Positions 47,701-58,400 of a stretch of DNA of 64,000 bases are shown here, one piece after another. Both the position numbers and the translations under genes were made by a program. Each line of letters begins with the position of its first letter. The first letter of the stretch is position 1. The notes below the pieces were generated by a model. That model saw only the letters and a list, made by a program, of their open reading frames with translations. It was not told where the DNA came from and did no database searches. The DNA is taken from the NCBI GenBank assembly GCA_963924565.1, contig OZ004609.1, forward strand, positions 34,224,001 through 34,288,000. Reading direction: 5' to 3'. This DNA is from Ascidiella aspersa. Taxonomy: Eukaryota.

Positions 47701-49299
47701 CGACGACCTGTCGACGAAGCGACTTGACGGATGTGGCACGTTACATCAATAATTAAATCGCGTGCAAAAACGCCGCGCTGCTTTTTCGAATCAACCGCGG
47801 ACTGCTAATCACCGCGATTGATTATTGCTGACAGGGGCAACTGATAGAGCAATGTTGTAGTGTATTAGAATGCATCGCTGCACGGAAATCAATCAACTCC
47901 ACACAAGCAGAGCCTGTCGTGCTGCTGTTGTCCCTTGACAGAACGCGTCGATGGGGAAATTCTGCTTTGTAAGGTTGACGCGCATTTATATGGAATCAGT
48001 TCGAAGGGTTGTTAATGCAAATTGATAGTTTTTTAAAGACCTAAAATTGGATCACTTTTAGGTGTTTTGACTACAATATGAAAGCCACACACTTTGTGCC
48101 GTGGCCAATACAATGGGAATATAGTTTGTTGTTGAAAAACACACATAATTAAGGCTGCACATGCAATAAATTCAGAGACATTCTTGGAAAAATACTTCTG
48201 ACCAATTCAAAGTAAATGCAGTCTTTAAACAAGTGTTTCTTAACCTTTTTTCGTGGTGTACCAATTACAAAGCGTAAGTGTAACAGTGAAGCTTTGGTGA
48301 CCCAAACCGCTTCAATGAACGGTTTGTAAGCGATCAAAACACAAGAACTTAACATTAGGTTGAGTTAAACTTATATGCTACATGTCTCTCAAATTTTGTA
48401 CAAATCTTGCTCACAGCCAAATCTAATAAATGCAACATGTTAAACAACTGCAGCCGGCGACCCAACCACCTTTAACAGCGACCCAATTAGGTTCGCGACC
48501 CACAAGTTGTCTAAAAGCGCCATAAGCATTGAAATGTAACTTACCGATCCCGCTGAGCATAGCGTCGAAGTTTGGTTGTGTGGAAGTGGCTACTTTACTT
48601 TTGGGCGGAGACGAACTGACATCCCTCCTGGAAAATCTATCTTGTTATTGTAGGAAAACAAATTTCAGTTTTGTAACCGTTTATATCGGACTTCAAACTG
48701 GTATATATAGGAGTTGTAACTTCAATAAAAATAGCCTGTACAATAAACGCTTGACAGTTCTAACATAAAATTGTACGTTGTGGTAAAAATGATATTTTTT
48801 TGTATTTGTGAGAAAACATTTCCTATATTACTTTTAAAAGTTTTTTTGTTTAGAAGTTAAACTTTTTTGAAAAGTTCCTTGAGCATTTTGCAGAAAAGAA
48901 AATCGATAAAGAATGGAACGAACCCGGATTTTGGGAAGGCGTCCGGCGAACGACTTCTCTTTTCCACTTTCACTTGACCAGAAGAATTAGAAGAAGACGA
49001 AGAGCTTAGGCTCCTTCTCGGATTTGCGTTGTTGTCATGGTTACCAGCAGCGCCTCCATCGTGAAGCGAGTTTGCCTTCTTGGAGAGAAAGTCCATTGTG
49101 AAGGCGAGCAGTTTGTCGCAAGAAGAGGGGTCCATGGTGCCTGAACCGTTGTGAAATGGCCGCTGAACAGTCGCTTTTTCGCTTTGGTCTTCCGACGTGG
49201 GCACGGGCGGAGTGTGAGGGGCGGTTTGGACCTCCTCCGCTGCGATCGAGTCGTCGTCACAAATCGGTCCTAGTTTTGTGTCCGGTGAATCCGGTTGGC
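29770..49299 (-). CDS. Tshz: Teashirt (Tshz) C2H2 zinc-finger / atypical homeodomain transcription factor, ~990 aa
   Basis: Exons 49299-48924, 47202-~47141/47144, (45764-45729?), 44605-44517, 42352-42125, 40340-40178, 39853-39732, 38661-38421, 36913-35600, 35023-34878, 31835-31706, 30485-30386, 29896-29770. Signature motifs KLFGSVFAGASKFHCRDC..TLVELTVHMNKTGH, KVLTCMGCGNLFESLQDLSVHMIKTKHYEKVP, DFIKSLESTIQSAISK, CtBP motif PLDLT. Possible start ACCATGG at 49135; the true 5' end is unresolved. Confidence 0.92.
30565..30657. repeat. 28-bp tandem triplet within a dispersed CCGATAC-rich element
   Basis: GGTATCGGTACTCGTCCGATACTAGGGT x3; relatives at ~16066-16130, 51615-51712 and 63865-63952. Confidence 0.8.
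31706..31835 (-). CDS. Tshz: Tshz exon with end of homeodomain helix 3 and ZF4
   Basis: DWVRSTSHQR...FKCAQCSSDKFPGVEEFIKHLDQHL, donor GTAAGT. Confidence 0.9.
31978..32289. mobile_element. hAT-type MITE
   Basis: TIRs CAGGGGTGTCCAAC / GTTGGACACCCCTG with TGGCACG subterminal repeats. Confidence 0.8.
33219..33370. mobile_element. Fold-back element with a degenerate hammerhead motif (Penelope-like pLTR remnant)
   Basis: ~60-bp inverted arms; centre CTGATGA-T-GGCA..TGCT-AAAAC-GTC (G12>A). Confidence 0.6.
34208..34445. mobile_element. hAT-type MITE; relatives at ~44200-44500 and 58811-58990
   Basis: CAGGGGTTCTTAAAC...GTTTAAGAACCCCTA, perfect TSD ACTTAGAG. Confidence 0.85.
34878..35023 (-). CDS. 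Tshz: Tshz degenerate homeodomain exon
   Basis: DAISKRQELLLQRHHAVF...EVDAMARLVKLPSNVVK|DWV; phases 1 in / 0 out bridge the neighbouring exons exactly. Confidence 0.8.
35248..35289 (-). ncRNA. Minimal type I hammerhead ribozyme motif in a fold-back repeat (35200-35375)
   Basis: AUUAA-CUGAAGA-U-GAUGC-AAGUUC-GUAUC-GAAA-CGUC-UUAAU: complete core, 5-bp helix I, 5-bp helix II, palindromic ACGU helix III. Confidence 0.75.
35600..36913 (-). CDS. Tshz: Tshz large central exon (ZF3, PLDLT)
   Basis: tttccag acceptor; FKCSECPESFRSLQELSGHHRRH; PLDLT; donor GTCGGT; matches the 463-aa ORF. Confidence 0.92.
37423..37464 (-). ncRNA. Minimal hammerhead motif, U3-A8 core variant, in fold-back element 37385-37513
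   Basis: UG-UUGAAAA-U-GAAUA-AAGAGU-UAUUC-GAAA-CGUU-CA; family copies at ~3076-3330, 22005-22140, 33090-33200, 33375-33415, 33760-33860, 57585-57725. Confidence 0.6.
38421..39853 (-). CDS. Tshz: Tshz zinc finger 2, split across exons 39853-39732 and 38661-38421
   Basis: KVLTCMGCGNLFESLQ|DLSVHMIKTKHYEKVP with a phase-0 intron. Confidence 0.95.
38707..39053. mobile_element. hAT-type MITE (TAGAGAT ends, ATCGGT-rich); relative at ~60150-60350
   Basis: TAGAGAT...ATCTCTA termini, perfect TSD CTTTTAAT. Confidence 0.85.
40178..40340 (-). CDS. Tshz: Tshz zinc finger 1 exon (absent from ORF track)
   Basis: DKLFGSVFAGASKFHCRDCGVSFNTLVELTVHMNKTGHFRD, teashirt-type HX5H spacing. Confidence 0.95.
43613..44131. 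mobile_element. hAT-type MITE; inverted partial copy at 51182-51420
   Basis: TIRs CAGTGGTTCTCAAA / TTTGAGAACCACTG, TSD CCCTAAAC/CCCTAAGA. Confidence 0.85.
45834..46103. mobile_element. CAGTGTTTCTCAAC-type MITE; relatives ~31119-31590, 46800-46852, 48420-48520, 11040-11077
   Basis: GTGTTTCTCAA..GGGTCGCGA / AAGGTTGAGAAACACTG. Confidence 0.7.
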
Positions 49300-51994
49300 C
49301 TGCAAAATGGTAGATTTGTAAGTGACGTCTACTTTAAAATTAACCTAAAAAAAAACAGTTGAGAAACAAAGTTTGTACGAAACTTTAAAAAAGCATTGTT
49401 TTTTAATTAAAAAAAATAAATGTCACTTTACAAAGAGGAAGAACATCACCGAAACATCACTAAAAAGGAAAGAAAATTAAGTGATGTACTTCATCACCTA
49501 ATGTTGAAACAGAATCGCTTGTTTTTCACTGTTTACATTTAAGTTTCAGGTCTCTGAAGTTATTTACTGAACAAATTTCACCAGGAACGTAATAAACTAA
49601 AAAGCTTGCAAATTTGTTAGAAAAATTTAAACTGAAATGATTCAGAAACTTTCTACAGCAAACTACTCTTATTTCGTATCTCTGTTCGGCGGTAATAAGA
49701 CAATCCTAAGTCATATCTGCCTCAACCGGAGTTTTATTTCGCTAGCTACGCAAAAAGTCGAGCCCATTTCCTAAAGTCAGCAAACCAGGAAAATTAAAAC
49801 TGAAAGTCAAAACAAAAAATCAATTAGATCGCGGCGGCGGTGTATTGCCGCTGATGACACTTGCTATCCAAAAACGAACACGGGCGCCCATCGCAGGGAG
49901 CCATGTTGTCACAACAGATGGGACACAGAAAAAATAGGAGAGTCGTCGCTTCTTTAGAGCAAAGGGAGGGCGGTCGGGTTTGAGTTTATTGGCTGCACAT
50001 ATCATGTGGCTGAACTAGGCCGGCGTCCGCCCGTTCTGCTGTCAATTTTGGCGGCGCGGGGCGCAAATGATTAATGCTAACACGACATGATACGACGCAA
50101 CGAAACGTGTTATCCAATAGTAAGGCCTGTCAGTGCGGCAACAGAATAACGGTGTCGCTTATTCGGGATGAATTATTAATGAGTTTGGGGGTGGGGGGCG
50201 TGCTACGCAATGTCTGTCCGGCTGAAGGCCAAGGCAGCGCGCGTTTGAGACACGGGGTATCGTGACAAGCTGTCGAAATCATGTTGAAAACAAGCGACAG
50301 GCCTGCCAGTCTTGCTCGCACAATTTGCGCGCCAAATCGATTCAAATTAGGCGGCATTGTTGCGACATAATCAGCCGAATGCGACCGACTGAAAGAAAGG
50401 CTTGCTGGTATTGCGAGGCTGGAAGCAACAACGGTAATTGGCTGTTGGCCTCTGGCAGGTTAAGTTGCCTTGTGCCAGCCGCAAGGGACACACGGGTTAG
50501 AACGGTGTGGTTCTGGAAGTGTGTGCCTTGCAGGATTGTCGTAAGTGTGCCGCGAATGTTATTTAGGAAAACACCCTATTCGATCTATGTGAGCTATCCA
50601 ATAGACCACTCAAAGCATAACAAGTTGCAAAAAAGATTTTTTTATTCCTCCCTTACAAGTCCAGACACTGTCAATTTCTCGCTAGCAATAAAACGAAATA
50701 TTATACCTTTCATATTTATTACATCGATGCACCCTGCTGTAGGGAAATTAAACCTACCGAAATACAGTCGGCAAAATTACCAAAAATATACAAAAACTAA
50801 ATAGACACATCTGCGCCAACAGCCAAGACTACGACGTGTTATAAAGTTTGGTCTGAAAGTTAAGTTTTTTTAACTTAAGACGCTTTTTATTGCATATAAC
50901 CGATCAAATAACTTTTTTTGTAATCTATTTTTTCTACCAAATTCCTTGTGGGAGCAAATTTCCCTCCAAATTTAAAAATTCCTCCCTTCCCTTAAGAACG
51001 ACTGCATTAGACCATGTTACACGAAACACTAGTGTTCCGTGAAAGATCGTCAGGTGTTCCGCGATAAATTATCGCGTTAAAACCGATACCAAAAGACGTC
51101 ACTACTGCGCTCAAACCAAAGGAAATCGATGAAATTAAACTACAATTTTTCCAGATTTCAGATCCCAATCTTCCTTTAAGTCAGTGTTTTCAAACTTTTT
51201 TGAGCGCGACCCAAATCTCAGTTTTAAGAGCATCTCACAAACCAAGCCTCAAACATCAAAAAATGTATTTTTTCTGATAGAAATGAAATAAAAAAAGACA
51301 CGACAACCAGATATAGTAGCCTACACAGTTCTATACAACAATGATTGATTATAAACAAATGATCGATTTATTTTAGTGTGATTGGTGAAACTGAATTTTT
51401 TCCTTTATAATATCAGCGTGTTAACAAGCTTAGTTACCACTATAGTTACTGTATAAGTTGAAATCGCTAAATCGGATCGCAAATGTTTGCTGGAAATCCT
51501 TATAATAATTTACAATCAATCTCCACCATTTTTGGATAAATTTACATATCAAGGTAGAATCGTTAAGTTCGATCGCAAGTCATGGCTTGAATTCCTCTAA
51601 TAAATAAATTAGAATCGGATCGGCACCGATACCAGTCTAGTATCGGACGAGCACCGATACAACCACTTGGTATCGGGTATCGGCCGCGATCCGATATTAT
51701 CGGACATCCCTAGTAAGAAACCTAGTCAAAGACCACTAGATTTAAAGTGGGTGTTGGCTTCTTGCCGGAACGCGCCTTACAGCTGAAGTCTGCCAACGTC
51801 GATGATCGTTGAGTGATTGGAGACGGCAAGAACCGCATGCCGGATCAATATAACAAGGTTTTGCCGCGTAACGCAATCCGACGCGCGTCGAACAAGAAGG
51901 TCGGACAGGGCCGGAAACATAACGCGACTAGAGCTGTTTTGTTGTGTTTGGCGCGCGTGCGTTTTTTAGGGGGTTGGGGGGGGTGGCTTGTGGA

Positions 51995-52450
51995 GTAGGT
52001 GCGCGTGCTAAATTTACAGTATGTTTGAATTTTTAGCGAACTGCAAACTGGTAGATTTTCAACTTCGCATTTCGAATCTTTAGCGATCTATAAACCAGTA
52101 TATTTTCAACCTTGCATTTTGAAATAAACAGCATGTGGCAGTCTGGAGTAGGTGCGCCGTGCTAAATTTACGGAACCCATTTTTTTTAGCGAACTATAAG
52201 CTATCAGTCTGTTTTCAACTATTCACATTTTGAATCTTTCGCGAACTATAAACTACGATATTTTGACCTACGCATTTTGAATCTTTAGCGAACCATAACA
52301 GTATATTTTCACATTGGTAAGTTACATTTTTAGCGAACTATAAACTATTATATTTTCTTCGGATTTAAAATCTTAAAAACTAAAACCTGGTATATTTTTA
52401 CCTTCGTTGTTTAAACTTTAGCGAACTAATACACTACTATGTTTTCAACT
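51995..52450 (+). repeat. Degenerate ~60-bp tandem array
   Basis: Recurring TTTAGCGAACTATAAAC...ATTTTCAAC..CGCATTTTGAATC. Confidence 0.75.
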
Positions 52451-54899
52451 TAGACTATGTTTTTTAGCATGTGAAAAGTGGGTATCATTTTTTTTCTTCA
52501 ATTTTTCCTAAAATTTGTAGACATTCAAACAAAGACAGTCCAAGCATTTAGAGAAAATTTTGGAAAGTTTAGCGGAGATAAAATGGTTATATTTCTAACA
52601 AAGTGAAAATTGCGCACTTTGAACACATTTAAGATTTCTAACAATTATGCGTTTCTAAAAAAACAGAACTTTGCGCTTTTCAGCATAAGACACTTTAAAC
52701 CTGAAGGGACTAAAATATATATATGGCCCAAAAATTCAAATCAATCGTTTTAAAAAAAAATTAGAAAAAAAGTACGCATTTTCACCAAAAACGAACCGAC
52801 GAATTTCCAACATGACAAAACCTAACATACATGTCGGTTAAAAATCAAATCGGTTGAAAATATAGAGGTTGTTTTAATTATAACACACTTACATTGGCGT
52901 AAGAAAGATATCGGCGACGTTAAGTCGAACTATTGGAAATGATCAGAGTCCTAATTGCCATTTTCAATTAAATCGCGCCCAAGTGCTTTCAATAAGTCGA
53001 AATGTGGCCAATTGCGGTGTCGTTAGGATTTCAGGCAATTATGGCAGAAAAAGAAACAGGAAATAAGGATAAAACGTTTTAACGGCAAACATTTTTTTTA
53101 ACAAGAGTAATTTTTCCGTCTTTAAAAAACAGTATGTCGACAAACAACAATGTCTATCTAAATTGATTGTCATACGTGGCGTTCTAATGGTTAATCAAGT
53201 TAGTCGATTCTAGTAAATTTTTCCTAAGCAAGCCGTACATTTAAAACCGCCGAAATTGCAAATTCTTATGTTGGTCAAAATCAGTGTAAAAGTTCCCAAA
53301 CACTTTATAAAAACAAACACTTTATAAAAAAAACATTCAATCATTGAAAGAAATATAACAGGTTTTCAGAGACTGGAAAATGAAACAAAAAGCAGTAAAG
53401 TTATTTTTTCAAAGACCGAAAACTTTCTTAACTCATAACTTAAGATGCCCAGAAAACAAACTTGACCTTTCGGAAAACCATAACTGTTTTTCAATGACAT
53501 CAACGTGCAATTCAATTCAAAGACTTAGCGGTAACCCTGTGTTGTGTAATACTGAGTAAAAACGCATGCAACAAGATTACGACAGGCGAGGTGGCGGCAA
53601 AATCAATTGCGCTCGCTCATTTCTATTTCGGCAATTGCGTCCATTTCGAAGTAGCCTACACTTCAATCAATCTTACGTGAAACATGAAGCTGCTTTAGCA
53701 ATTGAAGGCGAATTAGGCAGTCTGGCGAAATTTTAAAGCGTACTATAATATACAAAACTGTTTCGCCCAATTTCGCCAAGTGATCTTAATTAAAATGTTA
53801 TAAACAATAAAACTTTTAAAAACCCGTGTCAGTAGAGCAGTGATCAAGCGAAAAACTGCTGCCAACGACTTTGCGTTCCAAAAAGATACACCTGTTGACA
53901 TAAATAAATGGTTTGTTTTTACTATTGCTGAGCATATCGTTCGTTCAACCAGTCAGTATACGACTACCACAATGAACAGCAAGCAAACACATTAAGCAAC
54001 AGGTCTTCAAAAAACATTTCCATTGCAACGTTTCTTATACATCATCGCATAACGGCACAAATGTATAGTTGTAACAAAAAGCTTAACATTTTTTTTAATT
54101 TTACCAAAAGCTTCACAAGTCATGCGAGTAAACAAAGGTTGTGGAAGTAATATGAAATCTGCGTTTTAGTAGAATTTTGTGAACGTAGTATACAGCCTTC
54201 AAATATCGACCGTGCAAAGCAAAAAATCCACGAAAAACAAGTTAAGGATGTTTAGTCGGTTTTTAGGACTTTTGCCAAACAGCTGGGGCGTTGGAATTAA
54301 AACGGGCTAATCTGAAAAACCTCGCTCTCACAGTAAAACATACAGCGAGAACCGAACGAAGCCCAAGAGTTTAGCGAACATGTGCTTATGACTGACAATC
54401 TTCCACAACGCAAAAGCGTCCAAACTTAACTATGAGTTAGGACAAATAAATGCACTGAGTTACAGGCGTCCAACTGCTGGCTAAACGTAGGACTTGACAA
54501 AATACTTTGTTAAATCACATAACTTATGGCTGTCGTTTACCTTAATCCCCTACAGCCAAAGCTCCTCATCTCAGACTAAAGGAGTTCTTCCAAAAAAATA
54601 GGCGATTGAAACTAGGGTTGAGGCGTTTATCCACCGGTTAAAAGTAAGACATAACAAAACTAAGTTAAATCACACATCTGATGGCTGTCGCTTAATTTAG
54701 TCCCGGTTCATTCAAAGTCCTCATCTCGAACTAAAAAACGTTTTAAAAAATAGGCGCTTGAAACTAAGTAGGACGACAGCCTGTCCGCTTACTACAACAA
54801 CTAAAAGCAAATACACAAGGCTTCAAACACGGGAGTCCACAACACCGAAAGACAAGTTCTCCTTTGCAGTCCAAAACCAACCAAGTTGCAGCAGCACAA

Positions 54900-55430
54900 C
54901 GGCCAAAACGGTCGCAATGGCACTACGAGCTGAATTTCTAAAAGTAAGCCGGGGCGGCTTCGAAACTGCGACAATCGCTCACGCAATTACCAGCGTTCGG
55001 AAAAGCGGCACAAGCTAGGAAACAAGACCGCGAGAGAAATACAACGACAAGAAACGAGCGCTGGCGTGTCGTAAGCGGGAAGAAGGCGAGGCAATAAATT
55101 GCAGGCGACCCAGCGGTGACCTTTTTATCGGGATCGGGAGAGAGAGAGAGAACGAGCGAGCGAGGGAAAAAAGGAGAGAGAAAGAGAGAACGGGGGAAAA
55201 AAGAGGAGAGAGAGAGGAGTCCCCTGCTCCCGTTGGCAGCTCCGCCATTCAATAAAACTGATTGATGGGTGCGTGTTTGACATGTTGGAAAGAGCTGGAC
55301 CTTTCCGCTTGTGTTGGTGCACTTTCTGATCGATGGCCCGGTTTCGCGCGACAGGCGGCCATAAATTCGCATTGCCGACGGCTTGTGGGCGTATAGGGGG
55401 AGGGGGGCACATTACCGACGATAAATGGGT
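54900..55430 (-). promoter_or_regulatory. Candidate Tshz promoter/enhancer (GC/CpG-rich, GA-repeat)
   Basis: GAGA tract 55137-55218, TGATTGATGG 55259, CAATAAA and GGCCATAAA homeodomain-type sites, no credible ORF. Confidence 0.45.
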
Positions 55431-58400
55431 CGAATTAAAATGAGCGAACGCAGATCTCTTGACGGATTTGTTGTTGTTCGCTCGATTTGTCTAGAAACGT
55501 AAAAGGTGTAATGGATTCTTGCAACACGACAACGCGTTCGCAACACCGTACTCCTCTCGCGCCTCTGTGAAGCAATAGTCATGTTTCTTATTTCTATGAA
55601 AGTAAATTGCAGCTCATGTAACCAAATGACCTTGTTTACCACAAACGCAATAATTTTATTTTACGAACAGTTTTCGTTTAGCCAAAGCTTGCAGCAGGAG
55701 TTTTTGAACTGGGGTACATTGACCCCTTGGGGTACGTGTATTACTTTTAGGGGGATTATAGAGGCGGCCTACTTTCGTACGAAAATACGTAGATACGTTC
55801 GGTGCCTGTGTTGTCCCTTTCATTACAACTTTGGGGCTTTGAGGCAACTCTTTACAACAGCACACTAAAAGACGGATCACTGCCAATCAGCGCCGCTCTC
55901 TATTTCTGTATTACTGTATAGTTATTGCAGGATTTTATCTGAAAAACGACATTCCACCGCCCTCTACCCTAATTTTAATCAAGAAAAATAAGTAAAACAC
56001 CACAAGACGACGTATCTACATAAATAATAGCGCACATATCATCTTGCTAATCGTAACTCTGCCAAAGAAATGCAGTCGAAGGTCGATTTAACTGTCAATC
56101 TTTTAACTGATCTTTGTAAATGGCCGTATTTTGTCTAATTCTAAATAGGGTTATCAGGTGGCACTTATATAAAGACAAATTGTATTGAATTCTCGATAAG
56201 TTTCGTACAACCGTGCTCCATCAGGTCAAAGTATAGAAAACTCTTTTAACTGGACTCTCATATCAAACTCAGCTGGATTATTAACCATGAGGTCCCATTC
56301 TTTCACGGACTTACAGCGGAAGGTATATAGATTCGTATCAAGGGGAAAAGGCACAGCGTTCAACATGTCCGACCCTTCTAACCTGTCACGTTGATTTCCG
56401 TTTTGCGATTCGACCATCAGAACCTTTTCACAGGGCTCGAAATGCTAGTTCACATGGCACGGACGCTGTAGGTTTCGAGCCCTGTAAATTTACTGTATAA
56501 GGCACGACAAGGTGTACCGGACATATAAAGTAGGTGCAAAATACCACGTTTAACTTGTAAAGAAACAGAGATGTACCTTAACAGTTAAGCAGGTTGGGAA
56601 ATTCCTTATGAGTCGATGAAACTGGATTAGGGTTTGCAAATCACACAACAATGTGTGCACTTGACGTTACTTTACGATAGTTGTATTTTCTTGCGATCCT
56701 ATATAGTCTTGATTTTTTGGGCAAAAAGTGCCAAACCGATACGATATCAATTATAAAAATACGTCATTACTTTATTCAGTAGACAAATTGATATTTGCAA
56801 TAGTAAAAAAAAATATTTTGCACCACAAATCCTAAGTTTGTCTTTTTTTAATGTATGCTGCCACTTGGCATCGGGTATCGGCTTTAATCCGATATTTTAA
56901 CGTTACGAACAGCGCAGAACAAAGTCGTTTTGTTAAAAAAAAACAACAACAAAAAAACGTGCGTTTCATTAAAAAAATTAAACGAACAACCAAAAAAAAC
57001 AGGTATTGGAGAAAAAAGTCCATCAAATTTCGTCAGTAATGTTCCGTTGAGTGCTTTTTTTCGGAGAAAGCGCCATTTTTACTGCGAGGAGCTAGAATCG
57101 GGGACATCTGGCATAAAACATCTCAATAAATCACGAGAAAAAACGTCGCAACGCCACTGCACCGAACATGACAGCTGCACAAACGGCCAAGGGGTCGCAT
57201 TTCAATAACTCGCGCGGCTGGCTCCAAAGCAGCAGAAACAGTGATTTGACAGGTCGAAGAAAACCAAGTCGGCTTGAATTGAAACGCACCGCCAGATTCC
57301 GGCCCACGTCGTCTCGCAATCGAGCGCCAGCACATTGCTGTGCTGATTTCGATTCTATACGATTGGCGGCGATTGAAAAGGCACGTCGCGCGCGTCAATC
57401 TCGACTTTCGAAACGCCCGTCAAAGGCCCGTGAAACTTGAGCGTCGGTTTATTCACTCGCCTGTCGAGTTCTGCCTTTTCGTGCGGCTGATTGGACTGCT
57501 GAGTCGAGAACGGAATCGAACGAGGCAAGTATAAATAATAAAACTCAAAGTTCAAAAATCCGAGTAAATATATTTGATATATTCTGCAGCGGGCCGCCAA
57601 CTGGGCGAAGGTTGTTTTTTTGCTTAGTCCATGTTGATGGAGTTCTTGATAAGAGCCCAAAACAAGCGGAATGATTATGTTGAAAATGAATAAAGAGATG
57701 TTCGAAAGGTTCGAACTGACACCTACAATAAAACTCAGCGTTTAAAAACCTTAGTAAAACCAGTTTCTATAAGTAATGTAAAATACATATACAGGGTTTT
57801 TTAAGGTTTTGTTTGGGTGACCGCTAATTAGTTTTAAGAGAAGCAAGTGTTTCATTTAAATACCAAAAAGTTGCAAGTCCAAAATTTGGGAAACCGCTGG
57901 AGAAATTTGGGGGACCGTTTCGGTAACACCTGAAAAAAACTGTACATATACATAGCAAAGTAATAATAAAATGAACAACGATGCCAGAATAAGCGTGGTT
58001 TTACACGCGTCAGTGGAACAATGATCGACAAACAGAAACCTGCTGCCAATCGTTTTGGATTCCATAAAGATATGCTATAGGCCAGTATGAAGTACGCGCA
58101 ACGACGACTTTGCATTTTCATGAAAAAAAATTCTTGCAACGAGTATGTTGTATATTTTGTTAGGGGGAGGGGATATAGGCCTGTACTACCATATTTTACC
58201 AGGAGGTCTAAGTTGTCAGGGTTCATAGACTCCTTATGTTATTTTCCGATTCGGTGCTTTAGCAAAAGCGGTTTGGCCCGAAGTTGCGTGTCATTAGTTG
58301 AGCAATATCGTTATTCAACACAGGTGCTTTGTCAGAGAAGGTTCGAATGTAAATGGTGTCCTGAATTTCAAATAACATATTTTTTGCCAAAGGATGTTTA

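Noticed and set aside
54541-54569. Short ATG exon (MRSFGCRGL) as Tshz first coding exon
   Set aside because: Ends in phase 2 whereas the 49299 exon needs phase 1; lies in a local duplication; no MPRRKQ-like Tshz start was found.
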